This document shows, one piece after another, positions 1 to 11,165 of a DNA stretch of 64,000 nucleotides. The notes beneath the pieces are model-generated. The model saw nothing but the letters and a program-made list of their open reading frames with translations. It made no database searches and had not been told where the DNA came from. Source of the stretch: Pseudomonadota bacterium (GTDB taxonomy: Bacteria; Pseudomonadota; Gammaproteobacteria; Poriferisulfidales; JAYYZZ01). A program made the translations under genes and the position numbers. The stretch is from positions 268,318-332,317 of the forward strand of contig JAYYZZ010000003.1 of assembly GCA_036687665.1 (NCBI GenBank), read 5' to 3'. The stretch's first letter is position 1, and each line of letters opens with the position of its first letter.

Positions 1-259
1 ATTCGTTAAACGTTTTATATTTGCTCTGGTCAATTATTAAAGCATCCTCAAGATTGATATTGAAATATCTCATATATGCAGTGATCAAGAAATCTTTTAC
101 ATATGTTACTTCTATTCTCGCTAGCCAGTAGGAAAATGCAGATATAGCATGATGCGGAATTATGTGGAAGAGACAGACTTTAATATTTTTCCACCAACCC
201 GGACATCTTTCTATAACATATCCTAAGAACTCTTTTATTTTCTGGGTGTGAGCTTTCAT
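1..259 (-). CDS. 5'-partial hypothetical protein (N-terminal 86 aa visible; continues past window start)
   Basis: Minus-strand ATG at 259..257. Translation of the reverse complement of the window's first 259 nt starts MKAHTQKIKEFLGYVIERCPGWWKNIK...FHIIPHH. Open to the window edge and divergent from aroC. No family recognised. Confidence 0.3.
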   Translation of the reverse strand, partial: MKAHTQKIKEFLGYVIERCPGWWKNIKVCLFHIIPHHAISAFSYWLARIEVTYVKDFLITAYMRYFNINLEDALIIDQSKYKTFNE

Positions 260-339
260 TCAATGCAACCTTTTAGGTCATTTTTAACGAAAAATCGGAT
301 TTCAAAAAAATAGCTGAACCATTCTGTTAGAATAATACA

Positions 340-1446
340 ATGTCTGGCAACTCAATAGGAAAACTTTTTACCGTAAGCACCTTCGGCGAAAGCCATGGAG
401 AAGCAATCGGTTGTGTTGTTGACGGCTGTCCGCCTGGCATGCCTCTTTCCGAAAAAGATATTCAGCAGGATTTAGAAAGAAGAAGGCCCGGAAAGACCCG
501 ACATACATCTCAAAGACAAGAAAGTGACGAGATCAAGATACTATCTGGTGTTTTTGAAGGCAAGACCACAGGGACACCAATTGCACTGTTAATTGCTAAC
601 GAGGATCAAAGACCTAAAGATTATACAGAGATACAAAATATGTTTAGACCGGGACACGCTGACTATACGTATTATAAGAAATATGGATTTCGGGATTACA
701 GAGGAGGAGGGAGATCATCTGCAAGAGAAACTGCTATGAGAGTAGCAGCTGGGGCAATAGCAAAAAAATATTTAAAGTTAAATTTTAAAATTGTTATACG
801 AGGCTATGTTGCTCAATTAGGAACCATTAAGCCCAGCCAATTTAATTGGGATGATGTTGAAAATAACCCATTCTTTTTCCCAGATTCAGAAAAAATTTCA
901 TTACTTGAAGAATGTTTAGATGCTCTAAGAAAAGAAGGAAATTCGATAGGTGCGCGTATAAATGTTGTTGCATCTGGAGTATCGCCAGGTTGGGGCGAGC
1001 CAGTTTACGATCGTATTGATGCTGATATTGCAAAAGCAATGATGAGCATTAATGCTGTAAAAGGAGTTGAGATTGGTGCGGGTTTTGCATCTGTTGAGCA
1101 AAAAGGTAGCGAACACAGAGATGAGATAACTGCAGAAGGTTTTTTAAGCAACCACTCTGGCGGCACGCTCGGAGGGATAACTTCAGGGCAAGATATGCTT
1201 GTGAGTATTGCGTTAAAACCAACTTCTAGTATAAGAGCACCCGGAAAAACTATTAATATAAAAAATGAAAATGTTGAAATTTCAACTAAAGGTAGACATG
1301 ACCCATGTGTAGGTATACGCGCAACTCCAATTGCAGAAGCGATGTTAGCTATTGTTTTAATGGACCATGCTCTTCGACAAAGAGCGCAAAACCCAGATGT
1401 TAAAACAAGTGTACCTGATGTTCCCTCTTCAGCTCCAGATTCATAG
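340..1446 (+). CDS. aroC: chorismate synthase
   Basis: 368 aa. The N-terminal GNxFG..TFGESHG motif, RPGHADY and [15 protein letters not shown] are diagnostic for AroC. Confidence 0.93.
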   Translation: MSGNSIGKLFTVSTFGESHGEAIGCVVDGCPPGMPLSEKDIQQDLERRRPGKTRHTSQRQESDEIKILSGVFEGKTTGTPIALLIANEDQRPKDYTEIQNMFRPGHADYTYYKKYGFRDYRGGGRSSARETAMRVAAGAIAKKYLKLNFKIVIRGYVAQLGTIKPSQFNWDDVENNPFFFPDSEKISLLEECLDALRKEGNSIGARINVVASGVSPGWGEPVYDRIDADIAKAMMSINAVKGVEIGAGFASVEQKGSEHRDEITAEGFLSNHSGGTLGGITSGQDMLVSIALKPTSSIRAPGKTINIKNENVEISTKGRHDPCVGIRATPIAEAMLAIVLMDHALRQRAQNPDVKTSVPDVPSSAPDS

Positions 1447-1472
1447 TCACGATAGCTTTTATGGAACCATAA

Positions 1473-2870
1473 ATGATGGCCCAAACTTTATACGATAAAT
1501 TATGGGATGCCCATATAGTGGATGTTACCCAAGATGGAAGATGTTTAATTTATATCGATAGACATTTAATTCACGAAGTAACATCGCCTCAAGCTTTTAA
1601 TGGCATAGAGCTTGCGCAACGCAAATTATGGAGACGCGATTCTATACTCGCTGTTTCAGACCATAATGTGCCAACTAAAGACAGGGAGAGCGGAATAAAA
1701 GATCCTGTTTCCAGAACACAGGTAGAAACTCTCAACCACAATTGTCATAAACATAACTTAACTGAATTTGCTATGCATGACGAAAGACAAGGAATTGTCC
1801 ACATAATTGGCCCAGAGCAGGGCATTACATTACCTGGCATGACAATTGTTTGTGGAGATTCTCATACATCTACTCATGGCGCTCTAGGGGCATTGGCTTT
1901 TGGTATTGGAACGTCCGAGGTGGAGCATGTTTTAGTGACACAATGTTTAATATTAAAAAAATCTAAGAATTTTTTAATCAACGTAACCGGAGATTTAGGC
2001 CAAGCAGTGAGCGCAAAAGATTTAATACTTAAAATTATAGGCTTAATTGGTACTGCAGGCGGCACAGGTTACACCATTGAATTTTCTGGTGATACCATTA
2101 CCACTCTTTCTATCGAAGGACGGATGACAATTTGCAATATGGCTATTGAGGCTGGAGCAAGAACAGGCTTGGTTGCTGTGGATAATAAAACGATAGATTA
2201 TGTAGAAGGTAGACCTTTTGCACCTACAAGTGTTTTATGGGATAAAGCAAAAACATATTGGAGCACTTTGAAGTCTGACCAAGGCGCCGTTTTTGATAAA
2301 TCAATAACTGTAGATGCAACTAAAATTAAACCTCAAGTGACATGGGGGACTTCTCCTGAAATGGTTGTTTCAGTGGATGAAAAAGTACCTTCACCTAGTG
2401 ATGCAGAAAGCTCAACCAGGGCAGATAGCATGAAGCATGCTCTTTCTTATATGGGGCTCAAACCTGGTACAGCGATTACTGATATAAAATTAGATAAAGT
2501 TTTTTTGGGTTCGTGCACAAATTCAAGAATTGAAGATTTACGTGTTGCAGCTAAAATTGTTAAAGGAAAGAAAGTAGCTAAAAATATAAAATTAGCTATG
2601 GTTGTCCCAGGGTCAGGCCTAGTGAGAGCGCAGGCTGAAAAAGAAGGTCTAGATAAAATCTTTCAATCAGCAGGTTTTGAGTGGAGACTACCAGGTTGCT
2701 CAATGTGTCTTGGTATGAATGAAGACCAGCTACAACCAAAAGAAAGATGCGCATCTACTTCTAATAGGAATTTTGAAGGAAGACAAGGGAAGGAAGGGCG
2801 CACACACTTAGCTAGCCCAGCAATGGTAGCAGCGGCAGCTATTAATGGTCATTTTGTTGATACCACTTAA
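1473..2870 (+). CDS. leuC: 3-isopropylmalate dehydratase large subunit
   Basis: 465 aa. N-terminus [12 protein letters not shown]...[18 protein letters not shown] closely matches LeuC. Aconitase-family Cys motifs present (CGDSHT..., GSCTNSR). Confidence 0.93.
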   Translation: MMAQTLYDKLWDAHIVDVTQDGRCLIYIDRHLIHEVTSPQAFNGIELAQRKLWRRDSILAVSDHNVPTKDRESGIKDPVSRTQVETLNHNCHKHNLTEFAMHDERQGIVHIIGPEQGITLPGMTIVCGDSHTSTHGALGALAFGIGTSEVEHVLVTQCLILKKSKNFLINVTGDLGQAVSAKDLILKIIGLIGTAGGTGYTIEFSGDTITTLSIEGRMTICNMAIEAGARTGLVAVDNKTIDYVEGRPFAPTSVLWDKAKTYWSTLKSDQGAVFDKSITVDATKIKPQVTWGTSPEMVVSVDEKVPSPSDAESSTRADSMKHALSYMGLKPGTAITDIKLDKVFLGSCTNSRIEDLRVAAKIVKGKKVAKNIKLAMVVPGSGLVRAQAEKEGLDKIFQSAGFEWRLPGCSMCLGMNEDQLQPKERCASTSNRNFEGRQGKEGRTHLASPAMVAAAAINGHFVDTT

Positions 2871-2880
2871 CATTATTTAC

Positions 2881-3525
2881 ATGCAGCCATTTAAAAAATT
2901 TACAGGTACTACTCTTCCAATTGATAGAGCAAATATTGATACGGACACAATTATCCCAAAGCAATATTTGAAGTCAGTAAAAAAAACAGGATTTGGCCCC
3001 AACTTGTTTGACGACTGGAGATATTTAACAGCAGGGGAACCTGGACAAGACCATAGTGTGCGAAAGCTAAATACAGAGTTTATAATGAACAACCCAATGT
3101 ATAAGGAGCCAAGCATATTGCTAACACGAGATAACTTTGGATGCGGCTCCTCAAGAGAGCATGCAGTTTGGGCGATTATGGATTATGGAATAAAAGCAGT
3201 TATTGCCCCAAGTTTTGCTGATATTTTTTATAATAATTCTCTTAAGAATGGTTTGCTACCTATAATAGCAGCTGCTGCAGATATGGATTCGCTATTCAAA
3301 AAATCTATAGAAATTAGCGGTTATAGTTTAACAATTGACTTAGTGAATCAGAATGTCGCAGATACAGACAACTTTAGTTTTTCATATGATATAGATGAAT
3401 TTTCAAAATATTGTCTGTTAGAGGGCTTAGATGATATAGGGATTACATTGAAGCTAAAAGAGAAAATATTAAACTTTGAGAAGGAATATAAAAAAAGAGC
3501 ACCTTGGTTTTTTGACCAATTTTAA
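2881..3525 (+). CDS. leuD: 3-isopropylmalate dehydratase small subunit
   Basis: Start set at the internal Met MQPFKKFTG, which follows the leuC stop; the ORF-track start at 2845 overlaps the leuC end. LeuD-like [11 protein letters not shown] motif. Confidence 0.88.
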   Translation: MQPFKKFTGTTLPIDRANIDTDTIIPKQYLKSVKKTGFGPNLFDDWRYLTAGEPGQDHSVRKLNTEFIMNNPMYKEPSILLTRDNFGCGSSREHAVWAIMDYGIKAVIAPSFADIFYNNSLKNGLLPIIAAAADMDSLFKKSIEISGYSLTIDLVNQNVADTDNFSFSYDIDEFSKYCLLEGLDDIGITLKLKEKILNFEKEYKKRAPWFFDQF

Positions 3526-3535
3526 AATATTTATT

Positions 3536-4609
3536 ATGAAAAGAGTTCTTATTTTACCAGGAGACGGTGTCGGCCCTGAAGTTATGCAAGAAGCAGTCAA
3601 GGTGTTAGATTTTCTTAAATCGCATTGCAACTTAAATATAGAAATTAATAACGCGCTTATTGGAGGCGTGGCATATGATAAAACTCAGAAACCACTCCCC
3701 GATGAAACCCTTACCCTTGCTGAATCTTCTGATGCGATACTTTTAGGCGCTGTTGGCGGCCCTAAGTATGACAACTTGCCTCGGGAATTAAGGCCTGAGT
3801 CCGGGCTTTTGAGCATAAGATCGGAATTAGACCTCTTTGCTAACTTGAGACCAGCATTTTTGTTTCCACAGTTGTCAAAGGCGTCACCCTTGAAAGAAAT
3901 TATAGTATCAGGGTTAAATATTCTTATCGTGCGCGAACTAACCAGTGGGATTTATTTTGGGGAACCTCGAGGTATTCGCCGAGAAGAAGGAAAAGAACCT
4001 GAAGGTTTTAATACATTAGTCTATAAAGAATCTGAGATCAAAAGGATTGCAGAGACCGCCTTTAAGGTCGCCATGAAGAGAGATAAAAAGATTTGTTCTG
4101 TTGATAAGGCAAATGTATTGGAGACTTCTGAATTATGGAGAGAGGTTGTTACTGGAATGTCTAAGAAGTATCCTGATATAGAGGTCAGCCACATGTATGT
4201 TGATAATGCTGCTATGCAGTTAGTACAAAATCCAAAGCAATTTGATGTCATTGTCACTTCAAACATGTTCGGCGATATTTTGTCTGACATTGCTGCCACA
4301 CTGACTGGCTCAATAGGTATGCTGCCTTCTGCATCATTAAATAGTTTGCAGAAAGGTATTTATGAGCCTATTCATGGATCAGCTCCAGATATTGCAGGTA
4401 AAAATATTGCAAATCCACTTGCATGTATATTGTCAGTGTCTATGATGTTGCGTTATAGCCTAGCATTACCTGATCTTGCTGATAGAGTAGAAAAGGCTGT
4501 TCATGCTGTTTTAGATGCTGGCATGAGAACAGAAGATATATATGAAGAGGGGATGCAAAAGGTTACAACATCAGAAATGGGTAATGCTGTTGTGCAAGCA
4601 TTAGCATAA
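3536..4609 (+). CDS. leuB: 3-isopropylmalate dehydrogenase
   Basis: Start at [16 protein letters not shown], the canonical LeuB N-terminus. The track start at 3476 is an upstream extension overlapping leuD. Completes the leuCDB order. Confidence 0.9.
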   Translation: MKRVLILPGDGVGPEVMQEAVKVLDFLKSHCNLNIEINNALIGGVAYDKTQKPLPDETLTLAESSDAILLGAVGGPKYDNLPRELRPESGLLSIRSELDLFANLRPAFLFPQLSKASPLKEIIVSGLNILIVRELTSGIYFGEPRGIRREEGKEPEGFNTLVYKESEIKRIAETAFKVAMKRDKKICSVDKANVLETSELWREVVTGMSKKYPDIEVSHMYVDNAAMQLVQNPKQFDVIVTSNMFGDILSDIAATLTGSIGMLPSASLNSLQKGIYEPIHGSAPDIAGKNIANPLACILSVSMMLRYSLALPDLADRVEKAVHAVLDAGMRTEDIYEEGMQKVTTSEMGNAVVQALA

Positions 4610-4627
4610 CTAAGGTTTATTTTTGTA

Positions 4628-5644
4628 ATGAAAAAGATCAACGTAGCAGTAGTTGGAGCAACAGGCGCTGTTGGCGAAACAATGATTTCTATCTTGCAAG
4701 AGAGAAACTTCCCTGTTGGAAATTTATATCCATTAGCAAGCGAGAGATCATTAGGGCAAGAGGTTTCGTTTAATGGTGAGCGAATACAAGTACATAATTT
4801 AGATGGTTTTGATTTTACTCAAGCTCAGATCGCTCTCTTTTCTGCAGGCGCAAGCATCTCAGCTGAATATGCACCCAAAGCAGTCGATTGTGGCGCGATA
4901 GTTATAGACAATACTTCGCAGTTTCGTTATGAAGAAGATATTCCTCTTGTAGTACCTGAAGTTAACCCTCATAAAATTTCTGATTACAAGCATGCTGGAA
5001 TTATTGCTAACCCCAATTGTTCAACTATACAAATGGTTGTCGCACTTAAACCTATCCACGACTATGCTGGAATTTCCAGGATAAACGTTGCTACATATCA
5101 GTCTGTTTCTGGCACAGGCAAAGAAGCAATGAAAGAATTAAATTTGCAAACTACTGCTTTAGAAAAAAATGATGAACTGTCATGCAATGTTTACTCAAAA
5201 CAAATCGCATTCAATGTCTTACCGCATATCGACATATTTATGGATAATGGTTATACAAAAGAAGAGATGAAGATGGTTTGGGAGACTCAAAAAATATTTG
5301 AAGATAAGCAAATTATGGTTAATGCAACAACAGTACGTGTGCCTGTATATCTTGCACACTCAGAAGCTATACATATTGAGACAAAGAAAAAAATAACCGT
5401 TGAGCAAGCAAGAGATTTAATGATGCGGTCTCCAGGAATAAAAATAATTGATACAAGAGATGAGGGAGGTTACCCAACAGCTGTCACTGAAGGAGCAGGG
5501 ACAGATGATGTTTATGTCGGAAGGATAAGAGAGGACATTTCACACCCACAAGGTTTAAATATGTGGGTTGTGAGTGATAATCTGCGTAAAGGTGCAGCTT
5601 TAAATACTATACAAATTGCTGAAGAACTTATATCAGAGTTCTAA
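4628..5644 (+). CDS. asd: aspartate-semialdehyde dehydrogenase
   Basis: 338 aa. N-terminal VAVVGATGAVG NAD-binding motif. Active-site context NPNCSTIQ. Confidence 0.92.
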   Translation: MKKINVAVVGATGAVGETMISILQERNFPVGNLYPLASERSLGQEVSFNGERIQVHNLDGFDFTQAQIALFSAGASISAEYAPKAVDCGAIVIDNTSQFRYEEDIPLVVPEVNPHKISDYKHAGIIANPNCSTIQMVVALKPIHDYAGISRINVATYQSVSGTGKEAMKELNLQTTALEKNDELSCNVYSKQIAFNVLPHIDIFMDNGYTKEEMKMVWETQKIFEDKQIMVNATTVRVPVYLAHSEAIHIETKKKITVEQARDLMMRSPGIKIIDTRDEGGYPTAVTEGAGTDDVYVGRIREDISHPQGLNMWVVSDNLRKGAALNTIQIAEELISEF

Positions 5645-5652
5645 CGAGAACT

Positions 5653-6708
5653 ATGGGTAAAATTACAAAACTCATAACATGCCTTTTGTTACTTTGCGTG
5701 TCGTCTGCTTTTAGCGCAGGGGTTTCTTATGAAGTAAAAAAAGGAGATACGCTTTGGGCAATTTCTAAAGACATATCACAGCAACATGACCAGAATATCT
5801 TTCAGGTGATGTTAGTCATCCAAAAGATGAATCAGGGCGCGTTTATTAGAAAAAATATTAACTTACTTTTAGCTGAATCAGTGCTGCAGCTTCCAACTTT
5901 AAATGACATAGAGAAAAGGTTGCTCTCACAGGAAGTATTGCTTTCTGAAATGATTAGACAAAATACAGAATGGGAAAATTATAAAAACAACAGGGCACAA
6001 AATCTTAAATCATCATCACCCTTAGACTTAGTGGAAGAAAAAACATCTCAGACAAAAGATCATGCGAGCACAGAAACTGCAGAAGATGTTAGTTCTGAAA
6101 AAGAAGTGGATAGATTAAAAATATTAGCTGATGATCTGGCAACACGAGAAAGCGCTGTATTGCGTGAAAGCGAAAACATTGAGTCAAAAAAACTAGAAGT
6201 ATCTGAAATGCGATCACGACTTCAAAATCTAGAAGAACTCCTAAAAAAACAAACTAATGTTATAGCATTACAAAGTAATCAGCTGCTTAATTTAAAAGAT
6301 AAGCTGGAGGAAGAAAAAACACAAAAAAGACAATCTATTGGCACCAATAAAAGTACTACAAAACGAGATACCATAAGAAAATATTTTTTTACACCTGAAC
6401 CATATTTATTAGGCTTATTGATACTATTGTTTTTCACAGCATTATTATGGAAACAAAAAGTGCCAGAAATTAGCGGGAGAGAGCCACCGAACAAAGAGGA
6501 CAGTTTGCTGGACAATGAAGAGGATGCTGATGTGATGGATGTCGTTGATACAAGTCACCAAGCTGCTACACTCCTGAACTTAGCTCATGTGTATATAGAA
6601 ATGAAAAATTTAGATAAAGCAAAAAATGTGTTAGAGCAAGTTCTAAGCATCGGTTCTCCTGACGATGTGGAAGAAGCAAAAGATTTAATTTCAAAACTTA
6701 GCAAATAA
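5653..6708 (+). CDS. FimV-like protein (LysM N-terminus, coiled-coil acidic middle, one TM, TPR-like C-terminus), unusually short
   Basis: Signal peptide, then a LysM-like region (YEVKKGDTLWAISKDI). Coiled-coil E/K-rich centre. TM segment LLGLLILLFFTALLW. C-terminal LLNLAHVYIEMKNLDKAKNVLEQVL resembles the FimV C-terminal motif. Position between asd and truA matches fimV in Pseudomonas/Legionella synteny. Confidence 0.6.
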   Translation: MGKITKLITCLLLLCVSSAFSAGVSYEVKKGDTLWAISKDISQQHDQNIFQVMLVIQKMNQGAFIRKNINLLLAESVLQLPTLNDIEKRLLSQEVLLSEMIRQNTEWENYKNNRAQNLKSSSPLDLVEEKTSQTKDHASTETAEDVSSEKEVDRLKILADDLATRESAVLRESENIESKKLEVSEMRSRLQNLEELLKKQTNVIALQSNQLLNLKDKLEEEKTQKRQSIGTNKSTTKRDTIRKYFFTPEPYLLGLLILLFFTALLWKQKVPEISGREPPNKEDSLLDNEEDADVMDVVDTSHQAATLLNLAHVYIEMKNLDKAKNVLEQVLSIGSPDDVEEAKDLISKLSK

Positions 6709-6744
6709 AGATTTTCTTACTGATATTTTTGTACCAGTTTTTTT

Positions 6745-7527
6745 ATGAGACTAGCAGCATGCATTGAATACGATGGCAGCAATTTTTTTGGTTGGCAACG
6801 CAACCAAACTACGAGAACCGTGCAACTTGTAGTAGAAGATGCTTTAAGTTTAGTTGCTTCACATAAAGTTGAAACTATTGCAGCCGGAAGAACTGATACT
6901 AAAGTGCATGCGTCAGCTCAGGTTATACATTTCGATACTCTTTCCAGAAGAGATGAGCGTTCGTGGGTATTAGGAGCTAACACTAATCTGCCTCCTGACA
7001 CCAGCATGCTTTGGGTAAAAAATGTGTCTAAGGATTTTCATTCTCGGTATTCAGCTATTTCTAGAAGCTATCGTTACATAATTCTTAATAGACAACCATC
7101 TAGACCTGCAATACTTAGAGATAAAGTCATGTGGGAGAAGAAGCCTCTTAATATTAGCGCCATGGAAGCTGCTTGTTTATTCTTCTTGGGGGAACATGAT
7201 TTTACAAGTTTTAGATCTTCTTCGTGCGGAGCAGAAAATCCAGTACGCAATATAATGGAAATAACAGTTTCACAAGTTAATGATTTCATTTTTATTGATA
7301 TTACCGCCAATGCGTTCCTGCATCATATGGTTAGAAATATAGCGGGAACACTTATCAGCATAGGGCAAGGAGAACGAAGCAGTGATTGGGTTTCTGATTT
7401 GCTTGCAACCTGCGACAGAAGAGAGGCAGGAATTACTGCTCCTCCAGATGGTTTATACTTAACAAATGTTAGTTATGAAGAACATTTTGCATTACCATCG
7501 TCACCAAGCGCCCCAGCATATTGGTAA
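6745..7527 (+). CDS. truA: tRNA pseudouridine(38-40) synthase
   Basis: 260 aa. N-terminus MRLAACIEYDGSNFFGWQRQ and the catalytic-Asp context RTDTKVHA are TruA hallmarks. Confidence 0.92.
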   Translation: MRLAACIEYDGSNFFGWQRNQTTRTVQLVVEDALSLVASHKVETIAAGRTDTKVHASAQVIHFDTLSRRDERSWVLGANTNLPPDTSMLWVKNVSKDFHSRYSAISRSYRYIILNRQPSRPAILRDKVMWEKKPLNISAMEAACLFFLGEHDFTSFRSSSCGAENPVRNIMEITVSQVNDFIFIDITANAFLHHMVRNIAGTLISIGQGERSSDWVSDLLATCDRREAGITAPPDGLYLTNVSYEEHFALPSSPSAPAYW

Positions 7528-7564
7528 TGATGTTTTGTAATTGCAATGACGATGTAAAGTAAAA

Positions 7565-8194
7565 TTGAGTACTCGTGTAAAAATTTGTGGCATTACAAAT
7601 ACAGAGGATGCAAATGCATCAATAATCTCTGGTGCTGATGCTATTGGTTTTGTTTTCGTAGAGCAAAGCCCTCGCTTTTTATCTATTGAAAAGGCGATAG
7701 AAATTGTAGAGTCTCTGGCTTCTGTGATATCAATTGTTGGGTTATTTGTAAATTCTTCTCAAAAGCATATAAAACATGTTATTGAAAATGTACCAATAGA
7801 TTATTTGCAGTTTCATGGAGATGAAAGTGAAACAGAATGTTCTTTGTACAACATTCCTTATATAAAATCAGTACCTATGAAAGATAATGTTGATTTATTA
7901 GACTATATAGATAGCTACACATCTGCCGAAGCTTTTTTGTTAGATAGCCACACAAGTGGTAAGCTCGGAGGGACAGGCAATGTATTTGATTGGGATAATA
8001 TTCCTAAGGCAATAGATGTACCTATAATTCTTGCTGGCGGGTTAACATCTTCGAATGTAAAGACAGCGGTTGAAAAAATTAGACCTTATGGGGTCGATGT
8101 CAGCAGCGGAGTAGAATATGAGAAAGGCATCAAAGATCCACAAAAAATCTATGAATTTATAAAAGAGGTAAAAAAGGCAGACTATGTCAAATAA
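7565..8194 (+). CDS. trpF: phosphoribosylanthranilate isomerase
   Basis: 209 aa with a TTG start. VKICGIT N-terminus typical of standalone TrpF. Immediately upstream of trpBA. Confidence 0.85.
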   Translation: MSTRVKICGITNTEDANASIISGADAIGFVFVEQSPRFLSIEKAIEIVESLASVISIVGLFVNSSQKHIKHVIENVPIDYLQFHGDESETECSLYNIPYIKSVPMKDNVDLLDYIDSYTSAEAFLLDSHTSGKLGGTGNVFDWDNIPKAIDVPIILAGGLTSSNVKTAVEKIRPYGVDVSSGVEYEKGIKDPQKIYEFIKEVKKADYVK

Positions 8195-9410
8195 ATCTTT
8201 AAAAGAGTTTTCTTTGAAAAATTATACTTATCCAGACAATAACGGACATTTTAATGAGTTTGGAGGGAGGTTTGTTGCTGAAACACTTGTGCAACCTTTA
8301 GAGGATTTAGAAAACGTTTTTAAGGAATTAAAATCTGACCCTTCATTTTTGACTGAGCTTGATAATGATTTAAAACATTATGTTGGTAGGCCGAGCCCTT
8401 TATATCACGCAGAAAGATTAAGCAAAAAATATGGTGGTGCACAAATTTTTTTAAAGCGCGAAGATTTAAATCATACCGGCGCACATAAAATTAATAATAC
8501 AGTTGGCCAAGCATTAGTGGCTAAACGAATGAACAAAACTCGTATCATCGCAGAAACGGGCGCAGGTCAGCATGGTGTTGCAACGGCAACTGTAGCAGCA
8601 CGATTGGGTATGGAGTGTGTGGTATATATGGGTGAGGAAGATATAAAAAGACAGTCACCAAATGTTTACAGAATGAAATTGCTTGGAGCTCAAGTTGTCC
8701 CTGTTCTTTCAGGATCAAGGACATTGAAAGATGCATTGAATGAGGCATTAAGAGATTGGGTAACAAACGTAGACAGCACTTTTTATATTATAGGATCAGT
8801 TGCAGGACCTTCGCCTTACCCAGAGATGGTAAGGGATTTTCAGGCTGTTATTGGAAGAGAAACACGTTTCCAAATGCAAGAAATGACAGGGAAAGAACCA
8901 GATGCTCTAGTCGCATGTGTAGGAGGTGGCTCTAATGCTTTGGGTCTTTTTTATCCTTTTCTTGAAGATAAAGTCCCAATGTACGGAGTTGAAGCTGCTG
9001 GCGAAGGGCTAGATTCAGGCAAACATTCAGCTCCTTTAAACCAAGGAGAAAAAGGCGTTTTACATGGGAATAGGACTTATCTAATGGAAGATAGCAATGG
9101 TCAAATTTTACATACACACAGCATCTCAGCAGGGCTTGATTACCCTGGCGTGGGGCCAGAGCATGCAATGCTCAAAGATAGCGGCAGAGTACAATATGTT
9201 TCTGTGACAGATACAGAAGCTCTAGATGCATTTTATGACCTGACAAAAGTTGAGGGAATAATCCCTGCTTTAGAGAGCAGTCATGCTGTAGCGTATGTTA
9301 AGCAGTTGTCTTCTAAAATAAAAAAAGACTCAAATATAGTTATAAATCTCTCAGGGCGAGGAGACAAAGATCTTAACACTGTTGCAGAGATTAAAGGTAT
9401 ATCACTATGA
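8184..9410 (+). CDS. trpB: tryptophan synthase beta subunit
   Basis: 408 aa. FGGRFV...[12 protein letters not shown]-lysine motif and GGGSNA motif. Confidence 0.94.
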   Translation: MSNKSLKEFSLKNYTYPDNNGHFNEFGGRFVAETLVQPLEDLENVFKELKSDPSFLTELDNDLKHYVGRPSPLYHAERLSKKYGGAQIFLKREDLNHTGAHKINNTVGQALVAKRMNKTRIIAETGAGQHGVATATVAARLGMECVVYMGEEDIKRQSPNVYRMKLLGAQVVPVLSGSRTLKDALNEALRDWVTNVDSTFYIIGSVAGPSPYPEMVRDFQAVIGRETRFQMQEMTGKEPDALVACVGGGSNALGLFYPFLEDKVPMYGVEAAGEGLDSGKHSAPLNQGEKGVLHGNRTYLMEDSNGQILHTHSISAGLDYPGVGPEHAMLKDSGRVQYVSVTDTEALDAFYDLTKVEGIIPALESSHAVAYVKQLSSKIKKDSNIVINLSGRGDKDLNTVAEIKGISL

Positions 9411-10234
9411 GCCGCATAGATAATTGTTTTCAGCAATTAAAAAAAGATAACAAGAAAGCACTAATACCCTATATAGCAGCTGGAGACCCTGATCTTAAAA
9501 TGACACTACAGTTATTGCATGCCATGGTAGAAGCCGGTGCTGATATTGTAGAACTCGGGGTACCATTTTCAGACCCAATGGCGGATGGTCCGATTATACA
9601 AAAAGCATATGAGAGGGCCTTAATTCATAAAACTAGTTTAAAAGATATTTTAGACATGGTGTCTGAGTTTAGGAAAAAAAATACAAAAACACCTATAGTT
9701 TTAATGGGATACCTCAATCCTGTCGAAGCTTTAGGGTACGAAATGTTTGCAGACCTTGCATCAAATGCTGGTGTTGATGGCGTCTTATTAGTTGATCTCA
9801 CTTCACAGGAGGCAGCTGATGCCGCAACACTTTTTAACGACCGACAATTAGATACAATTTTCCTACTGTCACCAACTACGAGTACAAAACGTATAAAGAG
9901 CATTTCAAAAATAGCAAAAGGTTTCCTTTATTATGTTTCTTTAAAAGGTGTTACAGGCTCAAATAAGCTCGATACTAATGAAGTGAAGTTTAAAATTAAT
10001 ACTATAAGAGAGCACACTGATATGCCTGTTGGCGTCGGATTTGGAATAAAAACTGCTGAAGATGCTTCAGCAGTAGCAAGTTTTTCAGATGCAGTGATAA
10101 TAGGCAGCTCACTAGTGAGCTGTATTGAGAATTCTCTAAATGATTATGAACGCATAGAGAAAAATATTTGTAACACAATAAAAAAAATACGTACAGCAAT
10201 AGATAATGTTTCTTCACAACAAAGAGTTGCGTGA
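9407..10234 (+). CDS. trpA: tryptophan synthase alpha subunit
   Basis: 275 aa. [17 protein letters not shown] motif. 4-nt overlap with trpB. Confidence 0.93.
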   Translation: MSRIDNCFQQLKKDNKKALIPYIAAGDPDLKMTLQLLHAMVEAGADIVELGVPFSDPMADGPIIQKAYERALIHKTSLKDILDMVSEFRKKNTKTPIVLMGYLNPVEALGYEMFADLASNAGVDGVLLVDLTSQEAADAATLFNDRQLDTIFLLSPTTSTKRIKSISKIAKGFLYYVSLKGVTGSNKLDTNEVKFKINTIREHTDMPVGVGFGIKTAEDASAVASFSDAVIIGSSLVSCIENSLNDYERIEKNICNTIKKIRTAIDNVSSQQRVA

Positions 10235-10243
10235 GTTTTTAAA

Positions 10244-11134
10244 ATGAATTGGTATAAAAAATTAATGCCTTCAAAAATTCGATTAGAAGGTAAATTTAGA
10301 AAGAAAAAGCAAAAACAAATGCCCGAAGGTTTGTGGCAAAAATGCTCAAAATGTGGTTCCTTTTTATACAAGTCAGAGCTTGAGAGAAACAATGAAGTTT
10401 GTCCGAAATGTAATTATCATATGAGAATAGGCGCAAGAAAACGCTTAGCTTTATTTCTTGACGAACACCCTCAGTTAGAGATCGCAGGAAATATTTACCC
10501 AAAAGATTTTTTAAAATTTAAGGATAGTAAAAAATATAAGGATCGTTTAACGCAAGCCCAGAAAAGCACAGGCGAAAATGACGCTTTAGTTGCTATAAAA
10601 GGAAAAGTAAATGGGATAGCGCTCGTAGCGACAGCTTTTGAATTTGATTTCATGGGCGGATCAATGGGATCAGTAGTCGGAGAAAAGTTTGTGCATGCAG
10701 CTAATACTTCTTTAAATGAGCGCATTCCGCTTGTTTGTTTTTCATCCAGCGGGGGAGCGAGAATGCAGGAAGCTCTTGTTTCTCTTTTTCAGATGTCAAA
10801 AACAGCAGGGATCCTTGGTCGTTTGAAAAAGAACAGAATTCCATATATTTCCGTATTAACAGATCCGACAATGGGTGGTGTCTCAGCAAGCCTAGCAATG
10901 CTGGGTGATATACAAATTGCAGAACCGGAGGCGCTTATAGGTTTTGCAGGCCCAAGGGTTATTGAGCAGACAGTGCGCGAGCAACTACCTGAAGGCTTTC
11001 AAAGAAGTGAGTTCCTTCTGGAGCATGGTGCAATTGATATGATTGTAGATCGATCTGAGTTAAGAGAGAAGATTACAGATTTACTAAATATCATGCTTGA
11101 TAGCAGCAGTAGTGCTAGAAAAACTGCAACTTAA
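10244..11134 (+). CDS. accD: acetyl-CoA carboxylase carboxyltransferase beta subunit
   Basis: 296 aa. N-terminal Zn-ribbon CxxC...CxxC (CSKCGS...CPKCNYH). Carboxyltransferase domain motifs. Confidence 0.93.
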   Translation: MNWYKKLMPSKIRLEGKFRKKKQKQMPEGLWQKCSKCGSFLYKSELERNNEVCPKCNYHMRIGARKRLALFLDEHPQLEIAGNIYPKDFLKFKDSKKYKDRLTQAQKSTGENDALVAIKGKVNGIALVATAFEFDFMGGSMGSVVGEKFVHAANTSLNERIPLVCFSSSGGARMQEALVSLFQMSKTAGILGRLKKNRIPYISVLTDPTMGGVSASLAMLGDIQIAEPEALIGFAGPRVIEQTVREQLPEGFQRSEFLLEHGAIDMIVDRSELREKITDLLNIMLDSSSSARKTAT

Positions 11135-11165
11135 TTTCTATTGCTCATTACACTAAATTTTCAAA

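Noticed and set aside
1-259. HIIPHH in the partial minus-strand ORF as a desaturase/hydroxylase histidine box
   Set aside because: The motif is near the N-terminus with no preceding TM segments, and only 86 residues are visible. Too little to assign a family.
1005-1484. 159-aa minus-strand ORF antisense to aroC (also 842-1039 and 925-1116)
   Set aside because: Entirely inside the strongly supported aroC coding region. No recognisable motifs. Arises because aroC is GC-richer than the genome average and therefore stop-poor in the antisense frames.
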